DNA of 64,000 nt, from NCBI RefSeq assembly GCF_024298765.1, contig NZ_CP101210.1; one strand, written 5' to 3'. The notes under the pieces are model-generated. The model did no database searches and was not told the origin of the DNA. It saw only the letters and a list, made by a program, of their open reading frames with translations. The stretch comes from Escherichia coli. Lineage in GTDB: Bacteria > Pseudomonadota > Gammaproteobacteria > Enterobacterales > Enterobacteriaceae. Made by a program: the position numbers and the translations under genes. Shown one piece after another: positions 21,424 through 32,110 of this stretch (its first letter is position 1; each line of letters opens with the position of its first letter).

Positions 21424-22290
21424 ATGGCCGAAAAAAAACAGTGGCATGAAACGCTACACGACCAGTTTGGGCAGTACTTTGCGGTAGATAACGTTCTGTA
21501 TCATGAAAAGACCGATCACCAGGATCTGATCATTTTTGAGAACGCCGCATTTGGTCGCGTAATGGCGCTGGATGGCGTAGTACAAACCACCGAGCGCGAC
21601 GAGTTTATCTATCATGAGATGATGACCCATGTTCCGCTACTGGCCCACGGTCACGCGAAACATGTGCTGATTATCGGCGGCGGCGACGGTGCCATGCTGC
21701 GTGAAGTAACCCGACATAAAAACGTTGAGTCAATCACGATGGTGGAAATCGATGCGGGTGTCGTGTCGTTCTGCCGTCAGTATCTTCCCAACCATAACGC
21801 CGGTAGTTACGACGATCCACGCTTTAAACTGGTGATCGACGATGGTGTCAATTTCGTTAATCAAACCAGCCAGACCTTTGATGTCATTATCTCCGACTGC
21901 ACCGATCCTATCGGTCCCGGCGAAAGTCTGTTTACTTCTGCATTTTATGAAGGCTGCAAACGTTGCCTGAATCCTGGCGGTATCTTCGTCGCACAAAACG
22001 GCGTCTGCTTTTTACAGCAGGAAGAGGCCATCGACAGTCATCGCAAACTCAGCCATTACTTCAGCGATGTTGGCTTTTATCAGGCGGCGATCCCGACCTA
22101 TTACGGCGGCATCATGACCTTTGCATGGGCGACAGATAACGACGCCTTACGCCATCTCTCAACCGAAATTATTCAGGCGCGTTTTCTCGCTTCTGGCCTG
22201 AAATGCCGTTATTACAATCCGGCAGTCCATACGGCAGCTTTTGCCTTACCCCAGTATCTGCAAGATGCACTGGCTTCACAGCCGTCCTAA
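21424..22290 (+). CDS. speE: spermidine synthase
   Basis: 288-aa ORF recognised as SpeE. Confidence 0.95.
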   Translation: MAEKKQWHETLHDQFGQYFAVDNVLYHEKTDHQDLIIFENAAFGRVMALDGVVQTTERDEFIYHEMMTHVPLLAHGHAKHVLIIGGGDGAMLREVTRHKNVESITMVEIDAGVVSFCRQYLPNHNAGSYDDPRFKLVIDDGVNFVNQTSQTFDVIISDCTDPIGPGESLFTSAFYEGCKRCLNPGGIFVAQNGVCFLQQEEAIDSHRKLSHYFSDVGFYQAAIPTYYGGIMTFAWATDNDALRHLSTEIIQARFLASGLKCRYYNPAVHTAAFALPQYLQDALASQPS

Positions 22291-22305
22291 GGAGAAGATA
22301 AGAAA

Positions 22306-23100
22306 TTGAAAAAACTGAAACTGCATGGCTTTAATAATCTGACCAAAAGTCTGAGTTTTTGTATTTACGATATCTGCTACGCCAAAACTACCGAAGAGCG
22401 CGACGGTTATATTGCTTATATCGATGAACTCTATAATGCCAACCGTCTGACCGAAATCCTGTCAGAAACCTGTTCCATTATCGGGGCCAATATTCTTAAC
22501 ATCGCCCGCCAGGATTACGAACCACAGGGTGCCAGCGTCACTATTCTGGTGAGTGAAGAACCGGTTGACCCGAAACTCATCGACAAAACAGAACACCCCG
22601 GCCCACTGCCAGAAACGGTCGTTGCCCATCTCGATAAAAGTCATATTTGCGTACATACCTACCCGGAAAGTCATCCTGAAGGCGGTTTATGTACCTTCCG
22701 CGCCGATATTGAAGTCTCTACCTGCGGCGTGATTTCTCCGCTGAAGGCGCTGAATTACCTGATCCACCAGCTTGAGTCCGATATTGTGACTATTGATTAT
22801 CGCGTGCGCGGTTTTACCCGCGACATTAACGGTATGAAGCACTTTATCGACCATGAGATTAATTCGATTCAGAACTTTATGTCCGAAGATATGAAGGCGC
22901 TGTATGACATGGTGGATGTAAACGTCTATCAGGAAAATATCTTCCATACCAAGATGTTGCTTAAAGAGTTCGACCTTAAGCACTACATGTTCCACACCAA
23001 ACCGGAAGATTTAACCGACAGCGAGCGCCAGGAAATTACCGCTGCGCTGTGGAAAGAAATGCGCGAGATTTATTACGGGCGCAATATGCCCGCTGTTTAA
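22306..23100 (+). CDS. speD: S-adenosylmethionine decarboxylase proenzyme
   Basis: 264-aa ORF recognised as SpeD; TTG start; immediately downstream of speE. Confidence 0.95.
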
Positions 23101-23104
23101 CGTC

Positions 23105-23132
23105 TCAGGCGGAGCACGGAGGCTCCGCCTGA
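23105..23132. terminator. bidirectional stem-loop between the convergent speD and yacL genes (caggcggagc...gctccgcctg)
   Basis: inverted repeat read directly from the sequence. Confidence 0.6.
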
Positions 23133-23137
23133 TTTAC

Positions 23138-23500
23138 TTACTTCTGCTGCACGAAATTACGGTAAGCCGCCACCACCTGAAGAAAATCCTCAACGCCGCA
23201 CAGCGACAAGCTCTCTTCATCGTAGTAGTTCATCCCCTCTTCCATTTCATCGCCAGCGAATTCCAGTTGATTGGCGCGAACCATCACCTCTTCACCGTCC
23301 ATCCACAGAGTGTATTCATGCCCTGCCCACTGCCAGGATCGTTCGCTACCTTTCAATGCGTGCGCCGCTTGTTCCACTTCATCAAGCAAGGCCAGGTTTT
23401 CTTTCACCTCTTCATTAAACCAGTGCCCGACCACTTCATGCCCCATGGACATACGCACCTTTACCACTCCGGTAATATCGCGCAGAAATTCGTAATCCAT
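23138..23500 (-). CDS. yacL: conserved protein of unknown function
   Basis: ORF 23138..23548 trimmed to [11 protein letters not shown] (120 aa). Confidence 0.85.
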   Translation of the reverse strand: MDYEFLRDITGVVKVRMSMGHEVVGHWFNEEVKENLALLDEVEQAAHALKGSERSWQWAGHEYTLWMDGEEVMVRANQLEFAGDEMEEGMNYYDEESLSLCGVEDFLQVVAAYRNFVQQK

Positions 23501-23604
23501 AGTGTGTTCCTCTGCTCCCGGCAATGCGCCGAAATCGCATTGCGCCATTGATGTAATTATCGCAGCCTTACCGGAGAAAAACAGCGGAACGGCGATGGTT
23601 TAGA

Positions 23605-23640
23605 AATAAAAAATGCCCGGGAATCTCATTCACCGGGCAT
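23605..23640 (-). terminator. rho-independent terminator downstream of acnB (gcccggtgaatgagattcccgggc + TTTTTTATTT on the - strand)
   Basis: hairpin plus U-tract read directly from the sequence. Confidence 0.7.
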
Positions 23641-23674
23641 TGTGTCGTTTATGCGCAGCGCGTGCGCTGACTTT

Positions 23675-26272
23675 TTAAACCGCAGTCTGGAAAATCACCC
23701 CATCGGCTTTTTCGGTGTACTGAGAAAGCTGGTTGAAGTTCAGATAACGGTAAGTATCAACGGCAGTTTTATCTACTTGCGCCACGTAGGTCTGGTACTC
23801 TTCCGGCGTCGGCAGTTTGCCAATCAGCGCCGCAACAGCAGCCAGTTCCGCAGAAGCCAGGAAGACATTCGCGCCCGTCCCCAAACGGTTCGGGAAGTTA
23901 CGGGTAGAGGTGGAAACCACCGTCGCACCGTCTGCTACACGCGCCTGGTTACCCATACACAGGGAACAGCCAGGGATCTCGATACGAGCACCACTCTTAC
24001 CGAAGACGCTGTAGTAGCCTTCTTCGGTCAGCTGTGCAGCGTCCATACGCGTTGGCGGTGCCACCCACAGGCGGGTCGGCAACTGACCTTTGTGCGCATC
24101 CAGCAGTTTACCCGCAGCACGGAAGTGACCGATGTTAGTCATGCAAGAACCGATAAACACTTCGTCGATCTTCTCGCCCTGTACCGCAGACAGCGGACGA
24201 GCGTCGTCCGGGTCGTTCGGTGCACAGAGGATTGGCTCTTTAATATCCGCCAGATCGATGTCGATCACTGCCGCGTATTCCGCATCTGCATCGGCTTCCA
24301 GCAGCTCAGGATTCGCCAGCCATTTTTCCATGCCCTGAATACGACGTTCCAGGGTACGACGATCGCCGTAACCTTCCGCGATCATCCACTTCAGCAGGAC
24401 GATGTTAGAGTTCAGGTATTCGATGATCGGTTCTTTGTTCAGCTTGATGGTACAACCGGCAGCAGAACGCTCGGCAGACGCATCGGTCAGCTCAAATGCC
24501 TGCTCAACTTTCAGATCCGGCAGACCTTCAATTTCCAGAATGCGACCAGAGAAGATGTTTTTCTTGCCTTTCTTCTCAACGGTCAGCAGACCTTGTTTGA
24601 TTGCATACAGCGGAATGGCGTGAACCAGGTCGCGCAGGGTGATGCCCGGCTGCATTTTGCCTTTGAAGCGCACCAGAACGGATTCCGGCATATCCAGCGG
24701 CATTACGCCTGTTGCGGCTGCAAATGCCACCAGACCAGAACCCGCCGGGAAAGAGATACCGATCGGGAAACGGGTATGGGAGTCACCACCGGTACCGACA
24801 GTATCCGGCAGCAGCATACGGTTCAGCCAGGAGTGGATTACGCCGTCACCCGGACGCAGCGACACACCGCCACGGTTCATAATGAAGTCCGGCAGCGTGT
24901 GGTGCGTGTTAACGTCAACTGGTTTCGGATACGCCGCGGTGTGGCAGAAAGACTGCATCACCAGGTCAGCCGAGAAGCCCAGGCACGCCAGGTCTTTCAG
25001 TTCATCACGAGTCATCGGGCCGGTGGTGTCCTGGGAACCTACAGAAGTCATTTTCGGTTCACAGTACGCGCCCGGACGAATGCCTTTCACGCCACAGGCA
25101 CGGCCTACCATTTTCTGCGCCAGCGAGAAGCCGCGATCGCTCTCAGCGACATCTTTCGCCTGACGGAACACATCGCTGTGCGGCAGGCCAAGTGCTTCAC
25201 GCGCTTTGGTGGTCAGGCCACGCCCAATAATCAGCGGAATACGGCCGCCAGCACGCACTTCATCAATCAGCACGTCGGTTTTCAGTTCGAAGGTCGCCAG
25301 CAGTTCGCCGGTTTCGTGGTTACGCACTTCACCTTTGTACGGGTAAACGTCAATTACGTCGCCCATGTTCAGGTTAGAGACGTCGACTTCGATTGGCAGC
25401 GCACCCGCGTCTTCCATCGTGTTAAAGAAGATGGGTGCAATTTTACCGCCGAGGCACAAACCACCGCCGCGTTTGTTCGGCACATGTGGAATATCATCGC
25501 CCATAAACCACAGAACGGAGTTAGTGGCGGATTTACGCGATGACCCCGTACCCACAACGTCACCGACGTACGCCAGTGGGAAACCTTTCTGTTGCAGAGC
25601 TTCGATTTGCTTAATCGGACCAACAACGCCTGGCTGATCTGGCTCAATACCTTCACGGGCGTTTTTCAGCATCGCCAGCGCGTGCAGTGGGATATCCGGG
25701 CGTGACCACGCATCCGGTGCCGGAGAGAGGTCATCGGTGTTGGTTTCGCCTGTGACTTTGAAGACGGTAACGGTCAGTTTTTCAGCCAGCGCCGGGCGAT
25801 TCAGGAACCATTCGGCATCTGCCCAGGACTGCATTACCTGCTTCGCATATTCGTTGCCTGCTTTCGCTTTCTCTTCTACGTCATAGAAGTTATCGAACAT
25901 CAGCAGCGTGTGAGAAAGTGCTTTGGCAGCGATCGGTGCCAGTTTGGCATCATCCAGCGCGTCGATCAGCGGATGAATGTTGTAACCACCCTGCATGGTG
26001 CCCAGCAGTTCGATGGCTTTTTCCGGAGTCAGCAGAGGGGATTTGGCTTCGCCTTTAGCGATAGCAGCCAGGAAGCCTGCTTTTACATAGGCGGCTTCAT
26101 CGACGCCTGGGGGAACACGGTTGGTTAACAGATCTAACAGGAATTCTTCTTCGCCCGCGGGCGGGTTTTTCAGCAGCTCTACAAGCGCGGCCATTTGGTT
26201 TGCATCCAGGGGTTTGGGCGCAATCCCCTCAGCGGCACGCTCAGCTACGTGCTTACGGTATTCTTCTAGCAC
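23675..26272 (-). CDS. acnB: aconitate hydratase B (2-methylisocitrate dehydratase)
   Basis: ORF 23675..26425 trimmed to the GTG at 26272 giving [22 protein letters not shown] (865 aa). Confidence 0.95.
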   Translation of the reverse strand: MLEEYRKHVAERAAEGIAPKPLDANQMAALVELLKNPPAGEEEFLLDLLTNRVPPGVDEAAYVKAGFLAAIAKGEAKSPLLTPEKAIELLGTMQGGYNIHPLIDALDDAKLAPIAAKALSHTLLMFDNFYDVEEKAKAGNEYAKQVMQSWADAEWFLNRPALAEKLTVTVFKVTGETNTDDLSPAPDAWSRPDIPLHALAMLKNAREGIEPDQPGVVGPIKQIEALQQKGFPLAYVGDVVGTGSSRKSATNSVLWFMGDDIPHVPNKRGGGLCLGGKIAPIFFNTMEDAGALPIEVDVSNLNMGDVIDVYPYKGEVRNHETGELLATFELKTDVLIDEVRAGGRIPLIIGRGLTTKAREALGLPHSDVFRQAKDVAESDRGFSLAQKMVGRACGVKGIRPGAYCEPKMTSVGSQDTTGPMTRDELKDLACLGFSADLVMQSFCHTAAYPKPVDVNTHHTLPDFIMNRGGVSLRPGDGVIHSWLNRMLLPDTVGTGGDSHTRFPIGISFPAGSGLVAFAAATGVMPLDMPESVLVRFKGKMQPGITLRDLVHAIPLYAIKQGLLTVEKKGKKNIFSGRILEIEGLPDLKVEQAFELTDASAERSAAGCTIKLNKEPIIEYLNSNIVLLKWMIAEGYGDRRTLERRIQGMEKWLANPELLEADADAEYAAVIDIDLADIKEPILCAPNDPDDARPLSAVQGEKIDEVFIGSCMTNIGHFRAAGKLLDAHKGQLPTRLWVAPPTRMDAAQLTEEGYYSVFGKSGARIEIPGCSLCMGNQARVADGATVVSTSTRNFPNRLGTGANVFLASAELAAVAALIGKLPTPEEYQTYVAQVDKTAVDTYRYLNFNQLSQYTEKADGVIFQTAV

Positions 26273-26626
26273 GACGGTTCTCCTCGCTCTCATTGTCATA
26301 GTGCGGCAGGCGATTCTCTTCACGCTCCTGTGAGACAGCAGTTTGTAGGGTAAATGCCCAGTACCGCAACGGGCAGAATAGCAGGATTTTGACGATGTGT
26401 TAATCTGTTTACAAAAAAGCAACATAAAAAAGTGGCTGAATCGTTAAGGATGGTCTAGAGATTGTTTCCCTCCGTAAAAACTTCGTTAATTCGCATGGTG
26501 ATAATCACCTTTCTCAACGAATCCCAAGATTAGTCAAAATTTAAACTACCGCCTCTTTATACTCGGATTCACAGCACCTGCGGGTGGCAGTTCGCCGACC
26601 ATTGCGATTTCCTTGAGATCCGAATT

Positions 26627-28384
26627 ATGAAAATGACTTTGCCGTTTAAACCCCATGTGCTGGCGCTAATTTGCAGTGCCGGGCTTTGTGCCGCCTCTAC
26701 CGGGCTATATATAAAAAGCCGCACAGTGGAAGCGCCTGTGGAACCGCAATCGACACAACTGGCTGCGCCTGACATCTCCGCAGTTACGCTTCCTGCAACG
26801 GTTTCCGTGCCTCCTGTAACACCTGCCGTCGTCAAATCCGCATTCAGCACTGCGCAAATAGATCAATGGGTTGCACCTGTCGCGCTATACCCCGACTCTC
26901 TGCTTTCACAAGTGTTAATGGCATCAACCTATCCGGCAAACGTTGCTCAAGCAGTGCAATGGTCGCACGATAATCCACTTAAACAAGGCGATGCTGCTAT
27001 TCAGGCGGTATCTGACCAGCCCTGGGACGCCAGCGTCAAATCACTGGTGGCCTTTCCACAGTTGATGGCATTGATGGGCGAAAACCCGCAATGGGTGCAA
27101 AACCTGGGCGATGCTTTTCTGGCGCAGCCGCAGGAGGTGATGGACTCGGTACAGCGATTGCGGCAACTGGCGCAACAAACCGGCTCGCTGAAGTCATCAA
27201 CTGAACAGAAAGTTATTACCACAACGAAGAAAGCTGTACCGGTAAAACAGACAGTCACGGCTCCCGTCATACCATCCAATACCGTTTCAACTGCCAACCC
27301 TGTCATTACAGAGCCTGCAACAACCGTCATTTCCATTGAACCCACCAATCCTGATGTGGTCTATATTCCCAACTACAAGCCAACCGTGGTTTACGGGAAC
27401 TGGGCCAATACTGCGTATCCGCCGGTTTATCTGCCGCCGCCAGCCGGAGAACCGTTTGTTGACAGCTTTGTGCGCGGATTCGGCTATAGCATGGGCGTTG
27501 CTACCACGTACGCGCTATTCAGCAGCATCGACTGGGATGACGACGATCATGACCATCATCATCATGACGATGATGATTATCACCATCACGATGGCGGTCA
27601 TCGTGATGGTAATGGCTGGCAACACAATGGCGACAACATCAATATCGACGTCAACAATTTCAACCGTATCACCGGTGAGCATCTTACTGATAAGAATATG
27701 GCATGGCGGCACAATCCAAACTACCGTAATGGTGTGCCCTATCATGATCAGGATATGGCAAAGCGGTTTCATCAAACCGATGTCAACGGCGGAATGAGCG
27801 CCACGCAGCTACCTGCTCCAACACGCGACAGCCAGCGTCAGGCGGCAGCAAGTCAGTTTCAGCAACGAACACACGCCACACCCGTCATTACGCGAGATAC
27901 CCAACGTCAGGCAGCGGCACAGCGGTTTAATGAAGCTGAAAACTATGGGAGCTATGACGACTTCCGCGACTTCAGCCGTCGCCAACCACTGACCCAGCAA
28001 CAAAAGGACGCCGCTCGTCAGCGTTATCAGTCGGCCTCTCCTGAGCAGCGCCAGGCAGTCCGCGAGAAAATGCAGACTAACCCGCAGATCCAGCAGCGAA
28101 GAGAGGCAGCGCGTGAGCGCATTCAGTCTGCAACTCCCGAACAGCGCCAGGTGTTTAAGGAAAAAGTACAGCAGCGCCCACTGAATCAACAGCAACGTGA
28201 TAACGCCCGCCAGCGTGTTCAATCAGCATCACCTGAGCAACGTCAGGTTTTTCGGGAGAAAGTTCAGGAGAGCCGCCCGCAACGTCTAAACGACAGTAAC
28301 CGTACTGCCAGGCTGAATAACGAGCAACGGTCAGCAGTACGCGAACGGCTGTCTGAACGTGGAGCAAGACGGCTGGAAAGGTAA
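26627..28384 (+). CDS. yacH: DUF3300-family secreted protein of unknown function, with low-complexity His/Asp tract and Q/R-rich repeats
   Basis: 585-aa ORF with signal peptide; start uncertain. Confidence 0.8.
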   Translation: MKMTLPFKPHVLALICSAGLCAASTGLYIKSRTVEAPVEPQSTQLAAPDISAVTLPATVSVPPVTPAVVKSAFSTAQIDQWVAPVALYPDSLLSQVLMASTYPANVAQAVQWSHDNPLKQGDAAIQAVSDQPWDASVKSLVAFPQLMALMGENPQWVQNLGDAFLAQPQEVMDSVQRLRQLAQQTGSLKSSTEQKVITTTKKAVPVKQTVTAPVIPSNTVSTANPVITEPATTVISIEPTNPDVVYIPNYKPTVVYGNWANTAYPPVYLPPPAGEPFVDSFVRGFGYSMGVATTYALFSSIDWDDDDHDHHHHDDDDYHHHDGGHRDGNGWQHNGDNINIDVNNFNRITGEHLTDKNMAWRHNPNYRNGVPYHDQDMAKRFHQTDVNGGMSATQLPAPTRDSQRQAAASQFQQRTHATPVITRDTQRQAAAQRFNEAENYGSYDDFRDFSRRQPLTQQQKDAARQRYQSASPEQRQAVREKMQTNPQIQQRREAARERIQSATPEQRQVFKEKVQQRPLNQQQRDNARQRVQSASPEQRQVFREKVQESRPQRLNDSNRTARLNNEQRSAVRERLSERGARRLER

Positions 28385-28396
28385 ATTACAGGCGTA

Positions 28397-28426
28397 AAAA
28401 AAGCGGCGTGGTTAGCCGCTTTTTTA
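28397..28426. terminator. bidirectional terminator between the convergent yacH and lpd genes (aaaaaaagcggc...gccgctttttt)
   Basis: hairpin flanked by A-tract and T-tract, read directly from the sequence. Confidence 0.75.
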
Positions 28427-28454
28427 ATTGCCAGATGTCCCGGCAAACGAAAAA

Positions 28455-29879
28455 TTACTTCTTCTTCGCTTTCGGGTTCGGCAGGTCGGTAATGCTACCT
28501 TCGAACACTTCTGCCGCCAGGCCCACAGACTCGTGCAGCGTCGGGTGCGCATGGATGGTCAGTGCGATGTCTTCAGCGTCACAACCCATTTCGATTGCCA
28601 GGCCGATTTCACCCAGCAGCTCGCCGCCGTTAGTACCGACAATCGCACCACCGATCACACGGTGAGATTCTTTGTCGAAAATCAGCTTGGTCATACCGTC
28701 TGCGCAGTCGGAAGCGATAGCACGACCAGAAGCAGCCCACGGGAAGGTGGCGGTTTCATAGCTGATGCCTTTCTCTTTCGCTTCTTTCTCGGTCAGACCA
28801 ACCCATGCAACTTCTGGTTCGGTATAGGCGATGGACGGGATAACTTTCGGATCGAAGTAATGTTTTTTACCGGCGATAACTTCAGCGGCAACGTGACCTT
28901 CGTGAACACCTTTGTGTGCCAGCATCGGCTGACCGACGATATCGCCGATAGCAAAGATGTGCGGTACGTTGGTACGCAGCTGTTTGTCAACGCGGATGAA
29001 ACCACGGTCGTCAACTTCCACGCCAGCTTTGCCTGCGTCGAGGTTTTTACCGTTCGGCACACGACCAATCGCTACCAGCACGGCGTCGTAACGCTGCGGT
29101 TCAGCGGGTGCTTTTTTGCCTTCCATCGTCACATAAATGCCGTCTTCTTTCGCTTCAACGGCGGTAACTTTGGTTTCCAGCATCAGGTTGAATTTCTTGC
29201 TGATACGCTTGGTGAAGACTTTAACGATGTCTTTGTCAGCTGCCGGGATAACCTGGTCGAACATTTCAACCACATCAATCTGTGAACCCAGCGCGTGGTA
29301 TACGGTCCCCATTTCCAGACCGATGATACCGCCACCCATTACCAGCAGGCGTTCTGGTACTTCTTTCAGTTCCAGCGCGTCAGTGGAGTCCCAGATACGC
29401 GGATCTTCATGCGGAATAAACGGCAGTTGGATCGGGCGAGAACCCGCTGCAATGATCGCGTTGTCGAAGTTGATCACGGTTTTGCCGTTCTCACCTTCAA
29501 CTTCCAGGGTGTTAGCCCCGGTGAATTTACCCAGACCGTTGACCACTTTGACTTTGCGGCCTTTTGCCATACCAGCCAGACCACCGGTCAGCTGATTGAT
29601 CACTTTCTCTTTCCAGGTACGAATCTTGTCGATATCGGTTTTCGGTTCGCCGAAGACGATACCGTGTTCAGCCAGCGCTTTGGCTTCTTCGATAACTTTT
29701 GCTACGTGCAGCAGTGCTTTAGAAGGGATACAGCCGACGTTCAGGCAAACACCGCCAAGGGTGGCGTAACGTTCTACGATTACGGTTTCCAGACCTAAAT
29801 CAGCGCAACGGAAGGCAGCGGAGTAACCTGCGGGGCCTGCCCCAAGTACCACGACCTGAGTTTTGATTTCAGTACTCAT
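28455..29879 (-). CDS. lpdA: dihydrolipoyl dehydrogenase (E3)
   Basis: ORF 28455..29912 trimmed to MSTEIKTQVVVLGAGPAGY (474 aa); FAD/NAD Rossmann motifs; redox-active CLNVGCIPSK. Confidence 0.95.
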   Translation of the reverse strand: MSTEIKTQVVVLGAGPAGYSAAFRCADLGLETVIVERYATLGGVCLNVGCIPSKALLHVAKVIEEAKALAEHGIVFGEPKTDIDKIRTWKEKVINQLTGGLAGMAKGRKVKVVNGLGKFTGANTLEVEGENGKTVINFDNAIIAAGSRPIQLPFIPHEDPRIWDSTDALELKEVPERLLVMGGGIIGLEMGTVYHALGSQIDVVEMFDQVIPAADKDIVKVFTKRISKKFNLMLETKVTAVEAKEDGIYVTMEGKKAPAEPQRYDAVLVAIGRVPNGKNLDAGKAGVEVDDRGFIRVDKQLRTNVPHIFAIGDIVGQPMLAHKGVHEGHVAAEVIAGKKHYFDPKVIPSIAYTEPEVAWVGLTEKEAKEKGISYETATFPWAASGRAIASDCADGMTKLIFDKESHRVIGGAIVGTNGGELLGEIGLAIEMGCDAEDIALTIHAHPTLHESVGLAAEVFEGSITDLPNPKAKKK

Positions 29880-30171
29880 CATGACCTCTATATATTTATC
29901 TCCGGCGGTCATACCCGTCGTCTTTCAGGCCGCAGCGGCGTTAGCTTCACGCCCTCACCCCAGTCACTTACTTATGTAAGCTCCTGGGGATTCCGGCGCT
30001 TGCTACCTTGCTGCACCCAGAAATCCATAGGGTATGTGAAGTAATACCCTAACCACCACCGGGTCGTTCTATCCGTCGGTATTTTACAAAATTGTTAACA
30101 ATTTTTAAACAACAAACGGCAACCGATTTGTCTATTCGCTAATAACCTCAATACATTCATGAGATTACCAG

Positions 30172-30201
30172 AAAAAAGCCGGCCGTTGGGCCGGCTCTTT
30201 T
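30172..30201 (-). terminator. stem-loop with U-tract immediately downstream of aceF (gccggcccaacggccggc + TTTTTT on the - strand)
   Basis: read directly from the sequence. Confidence 0.6.
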
Positions 30202-30203
30202 AC

Positions 30204-32096
30204 TTACATCACCAGACGGCGAATGTCAGACAGCGTGTTGTTAATGATGGTAATGAAACGGGCACCATCAGCACCGTCGATCACGCGGTGGTCGAAGGAG
30301 AGAGAAATCGGCAGCATCAGACGCGGCACGAACTCTTTACCATTCCACACCGGCTCCATCGCGGACTTGGAAACGCCGAGGATAGCCACTTCCGGCGCGT
30401 TCACAATCGGCGCGAAGTGGGTAGTCCCCAGGCCGCCGATGCTGGAGATGGTGAAGCAACCGCCCTGCATTTCGCCCGCAGTCAGCTTACCGTCACGCGC
30501 TTTCTTAGAAATAGTCATCAGCTCGCGAGACAGCTCGATGATGCCTTTCTTGTTGACGTCTTTGAATACCGGAACAACCAGACCGTTCGGGGTATCCACC
30601 GCCACACCGATGTTGATGTATTTCTTCAGGGTCAGACGCTGACCGTCTTCCGACAACGAACTGTTGAAGCGAGGCATCTGCTCAAGAGCTGCAGCAACGG
30701 CTTTCATGATGAAGACAACTGGGGTTATCTTCACATCCAGCTTACGTTTCGCCGCTTCTTCGTTCTGCTGTTTACGGAACGCTTCCAGCTCGGTGATATC
30801 GGTTTTGTCGAAGTGGGTAACATGCGGGATCATCACCCAGTTACGGCTCAGGTTCGCACCAGAGATTTTCTGGATGCGGCCCAGTTCCACTTCTTCGATT
30901 TCACCAAACTTGCTGAAGTCTACCTTCGGCCACGGCAACATGCCCGGGATACCGCCGCCAGTCGCCGCCGGAGCCGCTTCTGCACGTTTGATAGCTTCTT
31001 TCACGTAAGCCTGAACGTCTTCGCGCAGGATACGACCTTTACGGCCAGTGCCCTTCACTTTCGCCAGGTTAACGCCAAATTCGCGTGCCAGACGGCGGAT
31101 CAGCGGAGTCGCGTGAACGTAAGCGTCGTTTTCAGCAAATTCAGATTTGCCTTCGGCTTTCGCAGCCGGAGCTGCTGCTGGAGCTTCAGCTTTTGCTGCC
31201 GGAGCCGGCGCTGCCGCTTCCTGTTTCACAGGAGCTGCCGCAGGCGCTGCGCCTTCAACTTCGAAGATCATAATCAGCGAGCCAGTTTTCACTTTATCGC
31301 CAACGTTGACTTTCAGTTCCTTCACGACGCCTGCAAACGGAGCCGGAACTTCCATAGACGCTTTATCGCCTTCTACGGTGATCAGTGACTGTTCAGCGGC
31401 AACTTTGTCGCCCACTTTCACCATCACTTCGGTCACTTCAACTTCGTCACCGCCGATATCCGGAACGTTAACTTCTTTCACGCCAGCCGCTGGTGCAGGG
31501 GCCGCTGCCGGAGCCGCTTCCTGTTTAGCCGCCGGAGCTGCCGCGCCTGCTTCACCCGCGACTTCGAAGACCATAATCAGCGAGCCGGTAGACACTTTGT
31601 CACCCACGTTCACTTTGATCTCTTTCACGGTGCCAGCAAACGGAGCCGGAACTTCCATAGAAGCCTTGTCGCCTTCTACGGTGATCAGCGACTGTTCAGC
31701 TTCAACTTTATCGCCAACTTTCACCAGGATTTCGGTCACTTCAACTTCGTCGCTGCCGATATCCGGAACATTAACGTCTTTTGCCGCGGCAGCCGCTGGT
31801 GCTGCTGCCGGAGCGGCTTCTTTCTTCTCTTCTGCCTGAGCAGGTGCAGCGTCTGCTGCACCGTCGGCGGAATCGAAAATCATAATCAGTGCGCCGGTCT
31901 GGGTTTTATCGCCAACAGAGACTTTGATCTCTTTAACGATACCCGCCTGCGGAGACGGAACTTCCATAGAGGCTTTGTCGCCTTCTACGGTGATCAGCGA
32001 CTGTTCGGCTTCAACTTTGTCGCCCACTTTGACCAGGATCTCGGTGATTTCAACTTCATCAGCCCCGATGTCCGGTACTTTGATTTCGATAGCCAT
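30204..32096 (-). CDS. aceF: pyruvate dehydrogenase E2, dihydrolipoamide acetyltransferase (three lipoyl domains)
   Basis: 630-aa ORF; three repeated lipoyl domains with Ala/Pro linkers; catalytic DHRVIDG. Confidence 0.95.
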   Translation of the reverse strand: MAIEIKVPDIGADEVEITEILVKVGDKVEAEQSLITVEGDKASMEVPSPQAGIVKEIKVSVGDKTQTGALIMIFDSADGAADAAPAQAEEKKEAAPAAAPAAAAAKDVNVPDIGSDEVEVTEILVKVGDKVEAEQSLITVEGDKASMEVPAPFAGTVKEIKVNVGDKVSTGSLIMVFEVAGEAGAAAPAAKQEAAPAAAPAPAAGVKEVNVPDIGGDEVEVTEVMVKVGDKVAAEQSLITVEGDKASMEVPAPFAGVVKELKVNVGDKVKTGSLIMIFEVEGAAPAAAPVKQEAAAPAPAAKAEAPAAAPAAKAEGKSEFAENDAYVHATPLIRRLAREFGVNLAKVKGTGRKGRILREDVQAYVKEAIKRAEAAPAATGGGIPGMLPWPKVDFSKFGEIEEVELGRIQKISGANLSRNWVMIPHVTHFDKTDITELEAFRKQQNEEAAKRKLDVKITPVVFIMKAVAAALEQMPRFNSSLSEDGQRLTLKKYINIGVAVDTPNGLVVPVFKDVNKKGIIELSRELMTISKKARDGKLTAGEMQGGCFTISSIGGLGTTHFAPIVNAPEVAILGVSKSAMEPVWNGKEFVPRLMLPISLSFDHRVIDGADGARFITIINNTLSDIRRLVM

Positions 32097-32110
32097 TATT
32101 CTTTTACCTC

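Noticed and set aside
23642-25543. 633-aa ORF on the + strand
   Set aside because: Lies entirely antisense to acnB; Arg/Thr/Val-rich translation typical of an antisense frame in a GC3-rich gene; no ribosome-binding site or recognisable domain
26273-26425. N-terminal extension of acnB (916 aa maximal ORF)
   Set aside because: Extension is not AcnB-like; the GTG at 26272 yields the recognised MLEEYRKH N-terminus
30159-31388. 409-aa ORF on the + strand
   Set aside because: Antisense to aceF and the lpd-aceF junction; Arg-rich nonsense translation
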